36,759 nt of DNA from Octopus bimaculoides (lineage: Eukaryota), in NCBI RefSeq assembly GCF_001194135.2, contig NC_068986.1:34898978-34935736 (forward strand), read 5' to 3'. The notes under the pieces were generated by a model that did not search any database, had not been told where the DNA came from, and worked only from the letters and a program-made list of their open reading frames with translations. Positions 12,171-24,460 of the stretch are shown in pieces. Position 1 is the stretch's first letter, and each line of letters opens with the position of its first letter. A program made the translations under genes and the position numbers.

Positions 12171-12348
12171 GTAAGATAAACAGTTGTTACTTACAAACAA
12201 GTGATTAAGGATGTGTAACAATCTGCTTTCACGATTGGAAAACTACTTCTGTTTTCTTATTGAAGACTTCTGAGTGGTCTGAAACACATTGTCACAGAAG
12301 AACTAATGTATAGCAGTGAGATATTTTTTTGTTATTGTTATATTATTA

Positions 12349-13040
12349 AGGTGATGAGCCGGTAGGATCATTAGTGTGTCAGACAAAATGCTAAGTGGTG
12401 TTTCTTTTGGATCTTTATATTTTGAATTCACATTCCACTGTGAGGAACTTTGTCTTTCATTCTTTTGGGATTGATAAATTAAGTACCAGCGAAACACTGG
12501 GGTTGATATAATTAACTGGTTCCCACCCTCACAAATCTGAGGCCTTGTGCCTCCAGTAGAAAGGATTATTATTATTATAAGGAGCCAAACTAGCAAAATC
12601 GTTAGCATGCTGGGAAAAATGCTTAGCAGCATTTCATCCATCTTTATGCTCTGAGTTCAAATTTCGCCAAGGTCAACTTTGCTTTTCATCCTTTTGGGGT
12701 CAATAAATTAAGTACCAGTGTAACACTGGGGTCGATTTAGTCAACTAGTCCCCTCTCCCCCAAAATTTCCGGCTTTGTGCTTATATTAGAAAGGATTATT
12801 AGTATTATTATTAAAGCGGTGAGCTGGCAGAATTGTTAGTGCACTGGATGAAATGCTTAGCGGAATATCGCCTCTGACTGTTCTGAATTCAAATTCTGCC
12901 AAGGTTGGCTTTGCATTTCATCCATTCGGGTTCACTAAATTAAGTACCAGTGAAATACTGGCGTTCTTGTAATTGACTAGCCCCCTCCCCCAGAATTTCA
13001 GGCCTTGTGCCTAAAGTAGAAAGGATTATTATTATTATTA
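12349..13040 (+). mobile_element. Three head-to-tail copies of an about 230-bp tRNA-derived SINE (family C), each ending gaaaggatt(att)n
   Basis: Units start near 12349, 12580 and 12814. All share gttag...aaatgct.ag, B-box-like g(a/g)ttcaaatt, the core aaattaagtaccag, ttgtgc...tagaaaggattatt and an ATT tail. Confidence 0.9.
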
Positions 13041-13082
13041 CACCCACCCACATATATATATTTATATTTATGTGGATTTAGG

Positions 13083-13378
13083 TGTAGGCACGTGAATTAT
13101 TTGGCTTATGATCATAAGGGTCATGAGTTCAATTCCCAGCAACATGTGCCTTTATTTCATGTTGCTCCAGTCCACTCAGCTGACAAAAATGAGTGCTACC
13201 TGTATTTCAAAGGGCTAGCCTTGTCACACTCTGTGTCACATTGAATCTCCTTGAGAACTATGTTAAGGGTAGGCATGCCTGTGTAGTACTCAGCCACTTG
13301 CACGGTAATTTCATGAACAGGCTGTTCCATTGATTGGTTTAACTGGAACCCTCATCGTTGTAACCAATAGAATGCCAG
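13083..13378 (+). mobile_element. Diverged SINE with a different head but the family A 3' region
   Basis: B-box-like gagttcaattcc near 13125, followed by gagaactatgttaagggt...cagccacttgcac...aactggaaccctc matching family A. Confidence 0.8.
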
Positions 13379-13389
13379 TATATGGAGTT

Positions 13390-13600
13390 AGTTGTATGTT
13401 AAAGCTTTAACAACACAGGTTATATGCTGTCAGTTGTGGTTGAGGTGATCTGTGGCCAGGAGTGTTCCAGCCATGACCTTCCCACCTTTCTCTCACGTTA
13501 CATGCCTAGGGCTACATTTTCTAATCTGCCCTTCTACATTAGAGATGGTAATGTGTAATTTGAGGGAGATTAGACTACTGTTTATTGCAGATTGATCCTG
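13390..13600 (+). mobile_element. Interspersed repeat fragment, related to 1800-2030
   Basis: Shares ttccagccatgacc and gtgtaatttgagggag with the copy at 1800-2030. Confidence 0.5.
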
Positions 13601-14989
13601 GTTTTTTAGAATAAGCACATCATATTCCTTGGATGTTGGAAAAGACATCTAAAGGGGTGGGCACTTGTCTACAAAGCACTGTCTCAAAAAATATTCCGTC
13701 TAACCCATGCCAGCATGGAAAAGCATATATATATAAAACAACTATTATTATTATTATTTTGATGATGATGATGAGTGATAGTTTAACAATGTTGCTAAAT
13801 AATGACATAAATATTATCTTTGTTACTCTTGAATGATTTTTTAAAAAAATGAAACCAAACTTTGGAAATATATTCTTCAGAATGAATTTTAATAGTCATT
13901 TTATATATTCCTCTAAGGAAAGTGAAGAAAAAAAACCCCCCAAAAAATCTGTTTTAGAAAATCTATTTCTTTATATCAATTTATAATACCCCTTAAGCAA
14001 GTATTTCGTATTTCTTCATTTTTGAGTTATTCATTCATTTTATCCTTTCTGAAACATAGGGAGGCAAAGAATGGAATTTTTATATATTTTTCCTAAAAAA
14101 AAAAAACATTCCAAAAAGGAAATATTCCCCTATTTTGAATGTTCAGTGAAAATGTATTATATTCTGCAAGATATTGTGTTCCTACTCACTTTCTACAATA
14201 TTGGCAATCTTATTATTCTTTTTTTACCTCTCTCTCTCTGTCTCTTTCTTTCTCTTTCCATTATCCCATCCTCTAAATCATCTATATCTTCAATATTTCA
14301 GTACAACCATTCCTTTATTATAGTAAATTAGTCAAGATTTATTTTAGTTCCTTCTCTTTCAGAAAGTGGTTGTCATTTTTCTTCTTCCCAATCCCACTAA
14401 AAATATATATATTTTCTCATATAGGTGACTAATATTGCTTTTTTTATATTATTATTATTATTATTATTATTATTATGTGCTCAAAACCATTCTCAATCAA
14501 TAATAATCAATACACCATTCAATTGTACTGAAATCACAAGATTAGTGTAAAAACATTTTTATTTTGTGGCTTACAGGTTGGGTTCATAACTCATAACATC
14601 TTCAACGGAATCCTCTTCCTGCTTTTTTGTTGTTACATTGAAAGCATTAATATATGTTTTATCTAATCATTCAAAACATGTACACTCACATGCATTCTCT
14701 CTCCAATTTTATTTGCAAATATCTGCTCCCTAAAACATGCTGCTTGCTTTAAAATGTTGATTGAATTACTTTGTTTATTTTATATCATCACAATATTTTA
14801 ACATTAGCGTTATTGATTACAAATTTCCCATGAGCCAATTACTAATTCATTCCACTTTCGATGGCAAAAATAACAGAAGATTGTTGCTTACTTGGTGCAA
14901 GAGGACTTCCGTTGAAGAACACTTGTTTTCTGCCAGTGTATACATCCTCTAGTGATATACATTGGCAAAAGTTGTAATGGTACATGGAT

Positions 14990-15146
14990 GCACGGGCTTC
15001 TTCACACACTTTCCATGTACTGGATTCCACTCACAAAGTATTTGTCAATCTGATGACATTTGTCCCAGGTGCTATGTCGTGAGATCAAACCAGAACCACA
15101 ATGGTTCTGAAGTGAACTTCTTAACCAAACAGCTATGCCTGCATTT
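14990..15146 (-). mobile_element. Diverged SINE head and central domain (family D)
   Basis: The reverse complement gcaggcatagctgtttggttaagaagttcac...cacctgggacaaatgtc...ttgtgagtgga...gaagaagccc resembles the segments at 16667, 26360 and 33846. It accounts for two spurious minus-strand ORFs. Confidence 0.6.
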
Positions 15147-15774
15147 CAGGTGTTTATTTAATTGTCTGCTGTGTTGGAAAGAAATTCACCATTATAAAGA
15201 TCCAGTGACTATGCATGTGCCAATGAAGAAGCATTTATGTTGTCATTTGACAATTTGATTCTCAAATTACACCCAACTCACTTAACCAAAAAAGAAAAAC
15301 AAAAAGGACATGTTGGATATGATCTGGCAGGGTGGTGAGTCAAAATGGTTATGGTTGGAATGCCTTCAATTATAGGTTTGTCAATCAAGGCTGGCCTCAC
15401 ACTAAACAACAACAACAACAACAACTAGATTCTACTGATTCTAGTGGGGCTGTGTTTTCTGAATGGAATGTAAAATGCTTTAATAACAAACTTATCTTGA
15501 AACGGTCTTCACATCAAAGCTGTCTCCTTTGAAACTTCCAGTATCAAATCAACTTAATCAATACCACCATTTCAACTACTCAAATATGTAACATTGGCCT
15601 TTTATTGGAACTACAGTTAAGTCATACCACATCCGTCACTGGTCTTATTTATTTAAAAGAAGCTTTAATCTTATGTCCCCTCTCTATGTTAGATCAAATC
15701 CCATCACTCTTCCTTCCACTATGGTAGCATAGGTAGAGTGGTGGCCTTCTTTCAAAAATTACATTTAATTTACA

Positions 15775-15932
15775 TCTCGGAGTGGTTGGCGTTAGGAAGG
15801 GCATCCACCTGTAGAAACTCTGCCAAATCAGGTTGGAGCCTGGTGTAGCCATTTGGTCCACCAGTCCTCAGTCAAATCATCCAACCCATGCTAGCATGGA
15901 AAGCGGACGTTAAACGATGATGATGATGATGA
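15775..15932 (+). mobile_element. 5'-truncated family B retroposon tail with (GAT)n
   Basis: Aligns nearly end to end with 9800-9957: ggagtggttggcgttaggaagggcatcc...gctagcatggaaagcggacgttaaacgatgatgat. Confidence 0.88.
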
Positions 15933-16666
15933 TTGTCAAAGTTGGGGATGTTTGAGATATATGTGTAATTTCACTATTAATTAATGAACTGTGAAGTGAA
16001 AAATAAATGCATTAAATGTTTAGAAGTATTCAGCTCATGATTATTTGGTTGTTTATTCAATTTTCCATGCTGGATAGTTCATTGTGTCCTTCAGCAAGAC
16101 ACTTTGTTTTTTGTTGCTACTCAACTATAAATAAGTACTCAGCTGGGTGCTGATGCAACTCCTCCTGCATCCGGCTGTCATACCATGGATATACCACTGA
16201 GTCATGGGTCAGGGAATCCAGGTGATTTTTATGTCGGCTTGTGACTGCAGAGTTACTTAAAACAATTAGCAAAACCATAATAGATGTTAGCATAGAATAT
16301 TCACTCACAAGTGATGGATGGCTGTACAAGTCTACTGAAAAATTCCAATTGGGAACAGAATAGATGTGACAATAGTTAGATCTCACAACTTCTGTATTAT
16401 ATGTAGGAACCATTTCAAGTGGAATATGTTAGTGATCTTATCAAAAGGTGAGACCATATGTAACATAATTGTTGACAAGCATATATAACACATTTCTTAT
16501 GAGATTAAACATTGTTGTAGTTATGTTATTGTTTCATTGTACTTCAATAAGTCAAGGCATATTTTTAATTACTCCAGTTTTGGGACTGGAAAGACTGTCT
16601 TTCCAACTCCATATTTGGATTGATAAATAAATGTCTTCATATACGTGAGCGAAAAATTATATAAGA

Positions 16667-17010
16667 TGCAGGCATGGCTTGGTATTATTAAGAATTCACT
16701 TTACTATGACATAGTTTTAAGGTTTGTTTCCACTGCGGGCAAGTGTTTTTAATTTATGCCTTGGACTCACCAAGGTTGAAGCTGTACAGAAGCATGTTGT
16801 GTATGTTTGTGGCTTGATATTGTTTACATGTTTTAAAACATAAAACAATGTCAACTTGTCTGTGCCTGCCATGAAAACATGTCCAGCCGTTGTGCTAAAG
16901 ACCAGGAGAACAAATAAAGAGTTGGTGACATGAAAGACATATGACTATAGAATACTATGTATCATCCAATCTATACCTGGTTGTAAATAAGCAAATGTAA
17001 GAACTACAAT
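16667..17010 (+). mobile_element. Old SINE family D copy with a decayed family B-like tail
   Basis: gatgcaggcatggct...ttaagaa...cgggcaagtgttt...caccaagg...gaagc, then gagttggtgacatgaaagacat...catccaatc. Confidence 0.5.
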
Positions 17011-20000
17011 GATATATGTCTGTTTGTAAAGAAATTATATTTACACCATTTAATTAGAACACAAATTAAATAAAGTAGTTCTTATTTGCTTGAGATTCAG
17101 ATGCAGGGGTATGAGTTCAGATTTTGCTCACATTGTAGAATATTACTCCATCAGTCAAGCAGATAGGTAACAGAGGCATGCAACAACCTATATTCCTTGT
17201 CCAGAGGGTCAATGTAAGAGCTGAAATGGTGAGGTTTGTACACAGTACCGTGTGATCTGTAGTTTAACTTCTCGACCATAGCTGCAATTACTCAAATTCG
17301 CCAAAAAAATATTTCATCCATATTGGTATGGTAAACTGTGGCCATAATTCCACCTAAGGTATGGAGAGAAAATTAGGGCACCAGCCCACTTTCTACTCTG
17401 GCTATCTTATAAAAGGAAATAATTAACGAACTTTTATATGCATTGTCCAATTGGAGACTGAATTAAACAAATGATCACTTTTGTCATTTTTTATAAATAC
17501 ATACTTAACTCTTAACATCCTGTACAACAATGAATTCACCCAGTAGTGTACGCGTCTCTCAATCCAGTACCACCTGGAACCCAAATCACAACACTCTTAT
17601 TTATATTTGTTTTAAAGGAAGTTATTAACTCCCTAATCAAAGAGAGAAAACTTTAATCTCTCCCTATGTCATTTATTGACATTCTGTGACGTTTGCTATT
17701 AAAATTGACACAAATATTGCCGAACCTTTTTTTTTTCTGTTTTGTTTTTACCCTGCCAAAGTTTTATCAAAACTTTCATAAATATGTGGGTATGTTGTTC
17801 CTGGAGGAATTAACTCAACTTATCTATAAATTTCATAATAGAAATGGTCAAAGAGAAAAATTCTTTTTCTGATGTTTGCATGTTCACATTTGTTACTAAT
17901 TGCATTTAATTTATTACTAACATCTTTCTTTCATTGACTTTTTTTTTATTATCTTTATTATTGTATCTGTTTCTTAATTTTTATTTTGTAATAAATTAGA
18001 ACACACATTATTTTTAGCACAAATGGTTATGTACATTTAAAAAAAAAAACTAAGTGTTCTGCAATACTGCCAATTTTCACAATAACCTGACCACCAATAA
18101 ATACACTATAAGCATTTAAATAAACAAGACTATTTTTAAGTATTTTCTTCTCAGTCCATTACAGGACTGAGCTTTTGACTTTGAAAAATTTCAACAGGAT
18201 GTTAAGAGTTAGATACTAAAACACACACATACAATCAACTAATCATAAATTTCACATACATTTTCCCATTTAACATAACACCTTGAATGTTTCTTGGTCT
18301 TGTAATGCGAGTAACTTCTACTATTAATTCATGCTACTTATTCGCCCTTTGTATTCCTCATCTATTTTCATTGCACATTCATACTAGTGTTGTCAACTTA
18401 TATTTGCTAATACTTTTCATGTCGACTTTTGTCAGTCAACTCATTCTGTGTCTAGTCATTCTTCTAAATAGACATTGTCTATCTAACTCATTCCTCTCCA
18501 ATAGGTATAAATGAATACTGTGCATTTTACTATTCATATTTCACTACCAATGATATCTCACATTCTGCATGACTACCTTTAAGAGCCCGCTATTTGGTTG
18601 TAATAACGTGTGTATGTGTTAAGTGTGAAAAGCAGTTGTTTTTGGTGATGTGAAATAAATTCAGTATTTTATAGATGAAGCTAAAACCTAACCATGTAGG
18701 GTAATAATAAACCCACATGTAACATAATTCTTTGCCAAGAAAACAATAACGGCTATTTCACTCACAATTTTTGTTTTTAATGGAAATCCTAGAATTATAC
18801 AGATTTCTTGTATTTTCTTTTTACAGGTGTATCTTCCTCTATGTTGCTCTCCCCATTATCCACATTCCTTCCACTTTTACTTCTCTTACTCTTTCTCATT
18901 CTTGCTCTCTCTCTCTGTCTTTTCCCTTCTCAATTCATTTTTTCCCCTACTTTCTTTCCCCCCTTCCTGTTTATTATATTCCATATATTCATTCCCTATT
19001 ATTCCCGGTGTGTGGTGGCTGCTGTTCAATGGTACATGGTTTGGTGGGAAGGGAAGTGATAGTAAATATTTTTGCATAAACTCCTGTGTTTTCATGTACC
19101 TTTGTTAGCTCTTACACCTTAAGATCTTTCTAATGCCCTAATTCAATTCTTTGTCTTATTTCAGCTAAAGCCAGATTACCATGGTATTTCAATGATGTTA
19201 CCACAGGTTAGTACCATTTCTTATTTTTGCACACTAAGGATTTTAATGACTGAGTACTTATTTATACATATATATATATATATATANNNNNNNNNNNNNN
19301 NNNNNNNNNNNNNNNNNNNNNNNNNNNNNNNNNNNNNNNNNNNNNNNNNNNNNNNNNNNNNNNNNNNNNNNNNNNNNNNNNNTATATATATGCCTACCTA
19401 GCTTTCTTTCTGTCTTTGGTTTATGAATTCTATATAATTTTTAGTTAAAGATGTTTGTTTTTTTATTTAAGTATTACAGTTAGTTTCGGCTATTATTTTT
19501 ATTATTATTATTTTTTTTTCATTGTAGATGTTTTTAAAGCTTGCTCCACGTCACATTAAGGAAGACTTGTCTTAGATACTGGAGTTATTCTAATAAAATA
19601 TCTTTACTTAAAGTTAGTACCATAAGAACTTTCCATGTGTCTGACTGAAATGGAAAAAAATAGCGAAATTTAAAAAACGAGAAAACATGAATCACAATAG
19701 AATTGTAGATGTAAAACAACCATTTTTTCCTTAAAATTCTCTACAGACTTTCCTGTCATTTTTTCTAAAAGGATAACATATTTATTTACTTCTTGGCAGA
19801 CATAGTTTTTGCTTTAAATCCATACGGTTTGATAACCTAATACTATGCCTGGGTATTTTTTTAAATATATCTTTTATTTGAGAAGTAGTCATTATTCCAT
19901 TGCTTAATTCTAATACAGAAACTGTTATCTGTTGATTATCATGTTTTTTGTATTGGTTTAGTGAGCTTGTCTTCAAATGTGTTTCTTTCCATGACTCAAT

Positions 20001-20037
20001 CCTCATGAGAAATAGATATGATACACTTTATAACGAA

Positions 20038-20083
20038 TCATAGTTGTATCAGAAACTTGCATAAAGTCATAGTTGTATCAGAA
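20038..20083. repeat. 17-bp exact direct repeat TCATAGTTGTATCAGAA, period 29 bp
   Basis: Copies at 20038-20054 and 20067-20083. Confidence 0.9.
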
Positions 20084-20330
20084 GACATGAATCGGTGATT
20101 GTTCCATCGCAGCACCATTTATTATTTTACAATAAAACGTCCTCATTTGCTATGTGTGTTAATGAATACACTTATTGTGTTTTATGCTAAACATGCATAT
20201 ATGTTTGATCAATTGATTATATATATATTTGTATATATAAAGTATTATAGTAATAATATTAGGGAATAAAAGCTTATTCCAACCTTACAGGCAAATATCG
20301 GTATAATATTACACCGGGTTTCGTAATATA

Positions 20331-20419
20331 TATGTATATAACTAATTTAGAGATGAACCACCACACGGGTTCTTAGTTGACTAGAGTGGTGGTTCGTCTC
20401 TAAATTAGTTATATATATA
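20331..20419. repeat. Long inverted repeat (about 34-bp arms, 21-nt spacer)
   Basis: tatataactaatttagagatgaaccaccac (20335-20364) pairs with gtggtggttcgtctctaaattagttatata (20386-20415) with a single U-G wobble. The stem extends four more pairs outward. Confidence 0.93.
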
Positions 20420-21972
20420 ATCAAACCTTTGCTAATAACTAGGAACTTCTGATGGTTCCCAATATCCATTTCTGTGCCGAGGCCTTACGTTGCTTACATC
20501 AGTCAATCCCGTGAGAAAAATTTCCCCAAAATCATACCCCGAATAAAAAAAAAAGATTAACAGAAAGGAAAGGGACAGTTGATAATGCATTCATAGATAA
20601 ACTCTAAAAAATAACGGCCATGAATACTGACGCGCCTTTAATCTTAGATCTACCCATTCAGGGTTGATCTGGATCTAAACAACAACCTGTTTAAGCTCAT
20701 ATATATTGCTTTTCTCAATTTCCCCAATTCCTCTTTGTCATAACCGATAGTGGTTGCTATTAAACCAGGTATTTAGCTTTTTAATGCCATCTCTGGAAAT
20801 TCATTTGTTGATCTATTTTATTGTTCCTAACATAGAATAATAACCAGAAAGAGATTACATTAAAGCAAGAAAATAGTTTCTTGAGGAAATATTCTGGAAG
20901 TTTTCAAAATCTTTTCCATGTAATACTTTTTCATAGGTTTGATTTCATTGAGGGCAATTTATTCTTTAATCATCTTGTAATTTTTTTAATAATAGGCTTT
21001 GGTCCTGACATCTTGTGGACCCAAATTTTAGGGTACTATATCTAAGTCACTATATGAAGTTAGACATCATGCACCCTAAAATTAAACATATTGTTGCGCT
21101 CTTTTTTGGATCACTCTAACGTTGTTATTTTACATTTATTTAAAGAAAGTCTACATAGACATTTCCCATGCAATTAGTAGATCATCTGACAAATGTCTTG
21201 TTGTATTCAGTCATCTCCCTTCATGATCTGTGTTCAATTCCTGCAAAGGTCAATTTAGAGTTTTGTTTTATTTTAATTTTAATTTTTTTGGAGGTTGCTA
21301 AAATAAACTTACCAGTCAAATACTGGAGTCAACCATATCACCCTCACCCCCACCCTTGCTTTCTACCATCAGAGAAATTTCAGAAGTTTTTTTTTTTTTT
21401 TCACCTTTTACTGGTGTCAGAGATCGTTATTTGTTGAAATAGACAGGCAGAAGGAAATTGATGAACAGATGTAAGAACGTTGTTCTGGGAGAGAAATAAA
21501 TTAGCATGTGATGTAAATTAATAGAGTAAATACGTCAAGATTGAAGCAAGCAATGTTGATGTGTTAATTAATGTTTCTCTCTTATGATGATAAGATTTAT
21601 TTATTAATTTTATTTATTTTTTACATGTTAAAACTGTTCCTTAACTAAATTCATTTCTAAAGTTTGCTTTCTATTACATTTGTATAAATAAAATCTTTAT
21701 ATATATAAAAAAGAATTTTTGCCATAAAATCTTAAGATAAAGGTGTAAATCAAAGTGAGGTTATACAGCAGCTTGTCACTGACTGCTACACATTGTGTGT
21801 AAATATATATGTATACGCATATATATATATTGTATGTGTTAGGTAGCAAAACATATATATACCTAGTTATTTGTTCCTTTAATGTTGTAATTATTTCCTT
21901 TGGAGGTTCACTGAAACCTTGTGCCGTTTCAAACTGTATCGCTCAAAACCGCCATTTTCTTATGTGCTTCAG

Positions 21973-22044
21973 ATTCTATAACTGCTGAAGGAAGCTCTGG
22001 CGGGGATTCATATCAGTGGGAAAGGACGAGGCCATCTATTATTG
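21973..22044 (+). CDS. Candidate 72-nt symmetric phase-1 cassette exon of TCF (DSITAEGSSGGDSYQWERTRPSII)
   Basis: Acceptor ttttcttatgtgcttcag and donor TTG|gtatat. Only the phase-1 frame is open (the other two frames hit TAA or TGA within five codons). It is a locally GC-richer, non-repetitive island in an AT-rich intron. Confidence 0.45.
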
Positions 22045-22226
22045 GTATATGCTCTTTCTACACTCGCCCATTCCACTCTAAATCAATCACTTTCTGTCTA
22101 TAACTCAGTTTGTTTTTTTTTGTTTGTATTTTTGTGTGATTATTATATCATCATTACTTTTTTTTTTTTTTATTATTATCCACATGCCAAAAACAAAAAA
22201 ATAGTAAGCTGCATAGAAAATATTTA

Positions 22227-22288
22227 TGATGATGATGAGGATGATGATGATGATGATGAGGATGATGATGATGAGGATGATGATGATA
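22227..22288. repeat. (GAT)n microsatellite interrupted by GAG
   Basis: Direct reading of the sequence. It explains the poly-D and poly-I ORFs. Confidence 0.95.
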
Positions 22289-22894
22289 CTAACAGTGTTT
22301 GACAAATGATTATAACCTCACCATATCTTGACACATACTTTTGTATTCACAATATATTCTTTTTGCATAGCATCTGTCTCTCCTTTCTAAGTTTACATTT
22401 CTAAGTCTCTACTAGAGTTCTTGATTATACACCGAGCTGTAGGGCTGGGGTCTTGTTAAACACATATAGATGGATATATATATCCTCTCACTATCCTCTT
22501 CTTATAGCTTCTCTCAACACCCTTTCGTCTCTCCCTCTTTGGATGCTCATCACTTTCACTTTCACCTGTTCCTTTTCCTTCAAACCTTTCACCCTTACCC
22601 TTTTAATGTGGAGTAATCCTGGATCTTTCCTGCACAACCTATCTCATCATCCTTACCAATCTGTTCTACCCTTTCTCACAAACCCCTGCTGCTAAATCCC
22701 TTCCATACTCTCTTCCCAGTAGTGTCTTCTCTGTTACTCTCTCCATTGCCACCCTCTCACAACCATAAACCTCCTCTCTTTATATTTAAAACCCTCTCTC
22801 TTTCACCTCAACTAAAATCATCACACTCTTCCCCTTATTCTTCTTTAGGCACTTTAGTCATGCATGTCACATGACAATCTCTCTCAAGCTGGTG

Positions 22895-23100
22895 CCATGT
22901 AAAGAAACAGCAAAAAAAAAAAAAGGCAGTACACTCTGTAAGATGGATAACATTAGGAAGGGCATCCAGCTATAGAAACCCCTGCCAAAACAGACATTAG
23001 GGCATGCCGCATTCCTCAAATTTATCAGGTCTTCTCAAACCATCAAACTCCTGTCAGCATGGCAATCAGACATTAAATAATAATAATAATAATAATGATA
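22895..23100 (+). mobile_element. Diverged family B retroposon tail with (AAT)n
   Basis: cattaggaagggcatccagctatagaaacc...cagcatggcaatcagacattaaataataataat. Confidence 0.75.
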
Positions 23101-24460
23101 TATAGACTTGTTACTTGAATTATATAGTTGATATTCTGAAGTATAGAAATGATTGGAGGATCACATCAATAAAGTTGCCTAGCTTATTAATTCTGTACAA
23201 CCTAATGAAGAATAGTATTACTGATTCCTTTGAACAAAGTGACAGGGTTCATTTGATGTGGATAGTTTTCATCTTATACTACAACTAGTTATACTACTGT
23301 ATTAATGTCTATATCAACGATTGTTTCTGACACATAAGCTCAATCAGTTTTATGTACAGCTTTTAAGACCAGATTAATTGACTCTTCAAGATGTTTTTAC
23401 AGCATTTTCAGTGTTTAGTGCGCAAGACGATTGGAAACTAAACTGTAGTAGAGAGCATGATCTTTTTATTTGTAAAAGACTGTTTTCTGCTCAGTAATCA
23501 TACTTAGCATTGAGGTTTTTGGGGTCTTTTTTATTTTTTTTATAGAATAGGGTTAAAGAAATTATGTGTCCTAAAATTATAAATATATAAATGGTGGTGT
23601 GGTAAAAGTTTGTAAGAATAATAGTTAGTAAGGAAGTTGATGAGATTTCTAGAGCAGGAAGGTTATTAGTTAAAGAGTAAAAATTTATCTGGTAAGTATT
23701 CTTGGACTTCGGTTGTCATTGGCTTAATAGATGACTTGACAAAGTTGTTTTTTCCTTCAGAAGTATGTTGATTCCATTTTTTTCTTCTTATAACTGATTG
23801 ATCATGGTTTCAACATCTTAAGAAATTGTGGAGATCTCCAAATAGGGGGGGGGGGTTCAAAAAAGGAAAAGAAAAAGCTAGAAGCCATGTAGTTTAATGT
23901 CCACAACAAAACTACCAGTGGTTTCTCATGAATCTATTTGTCCAGCTCATTGGATCAAAGTCAGAGAATGTTGTTTAATTTATTATTTTTTTCCGGACAA
24001 TATTATTTTGAGTGTTATGAGCTGGTGACTAATGATTTCATAAATGAAAATCTATACAAGATTTTTAAGAAAAGAATATACTGAAGTTGTTATTTATCTT
24101 CTCCAAAAGGCACAAAGCTTATGAGTANNNNNNNNNNNNNNNNNNNNNNNNNNNNNNNNNNNNNNNNNNNNNNNNNNNNNNNNNNNNNNNNNNNNNNNNN
24201 NNNNNNNNNNNNNNNNNNNNNNNNNNNNNNNNNNNNNNNNNNNNNNNNNNNNNNNNNNNNNNNNNNNNNNNNNNNNNNNNNNNNNNNNNNNNNNNNNNNN
24301 NNNNNNNNNNNNNNNNNNNNNNNNNNNNNNNNNNNNNNNNNNNNNNNNNNNNNNNNNNNNNNNNNNNNNNNNNNNNNNNNNNNNNNNNNNNNNNNNNNNN
24401 NNNNNNNNNNNNNNNNNNNNNNNNNNNNNNNNNNNNNNNNNNNNNNNNNNNNNNNNNNNN

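Noticed and set aside
14842-15258. Cys/His-rich minus-strand ORFs that look like a transposase or zinc-finger fragment
   Set aside because: The reverse complement matches the non-coding SINE family D. No catalytic or zinc-finger spacing is recognisable.
17543-17660. Phase-1 open frame VVYASLNPVPPGTQITTLL after two in-frame CAG acceptors
   Set aside because: There is no convincing donor, the pyrimidine tracts are weak and the frame drifts into low-complexity sequence.
22042-22305. Acidic poly-Asp ORF and antisense poly-Ile ORF
   Set aside because: Both come from the (GAT)n microsatellite.
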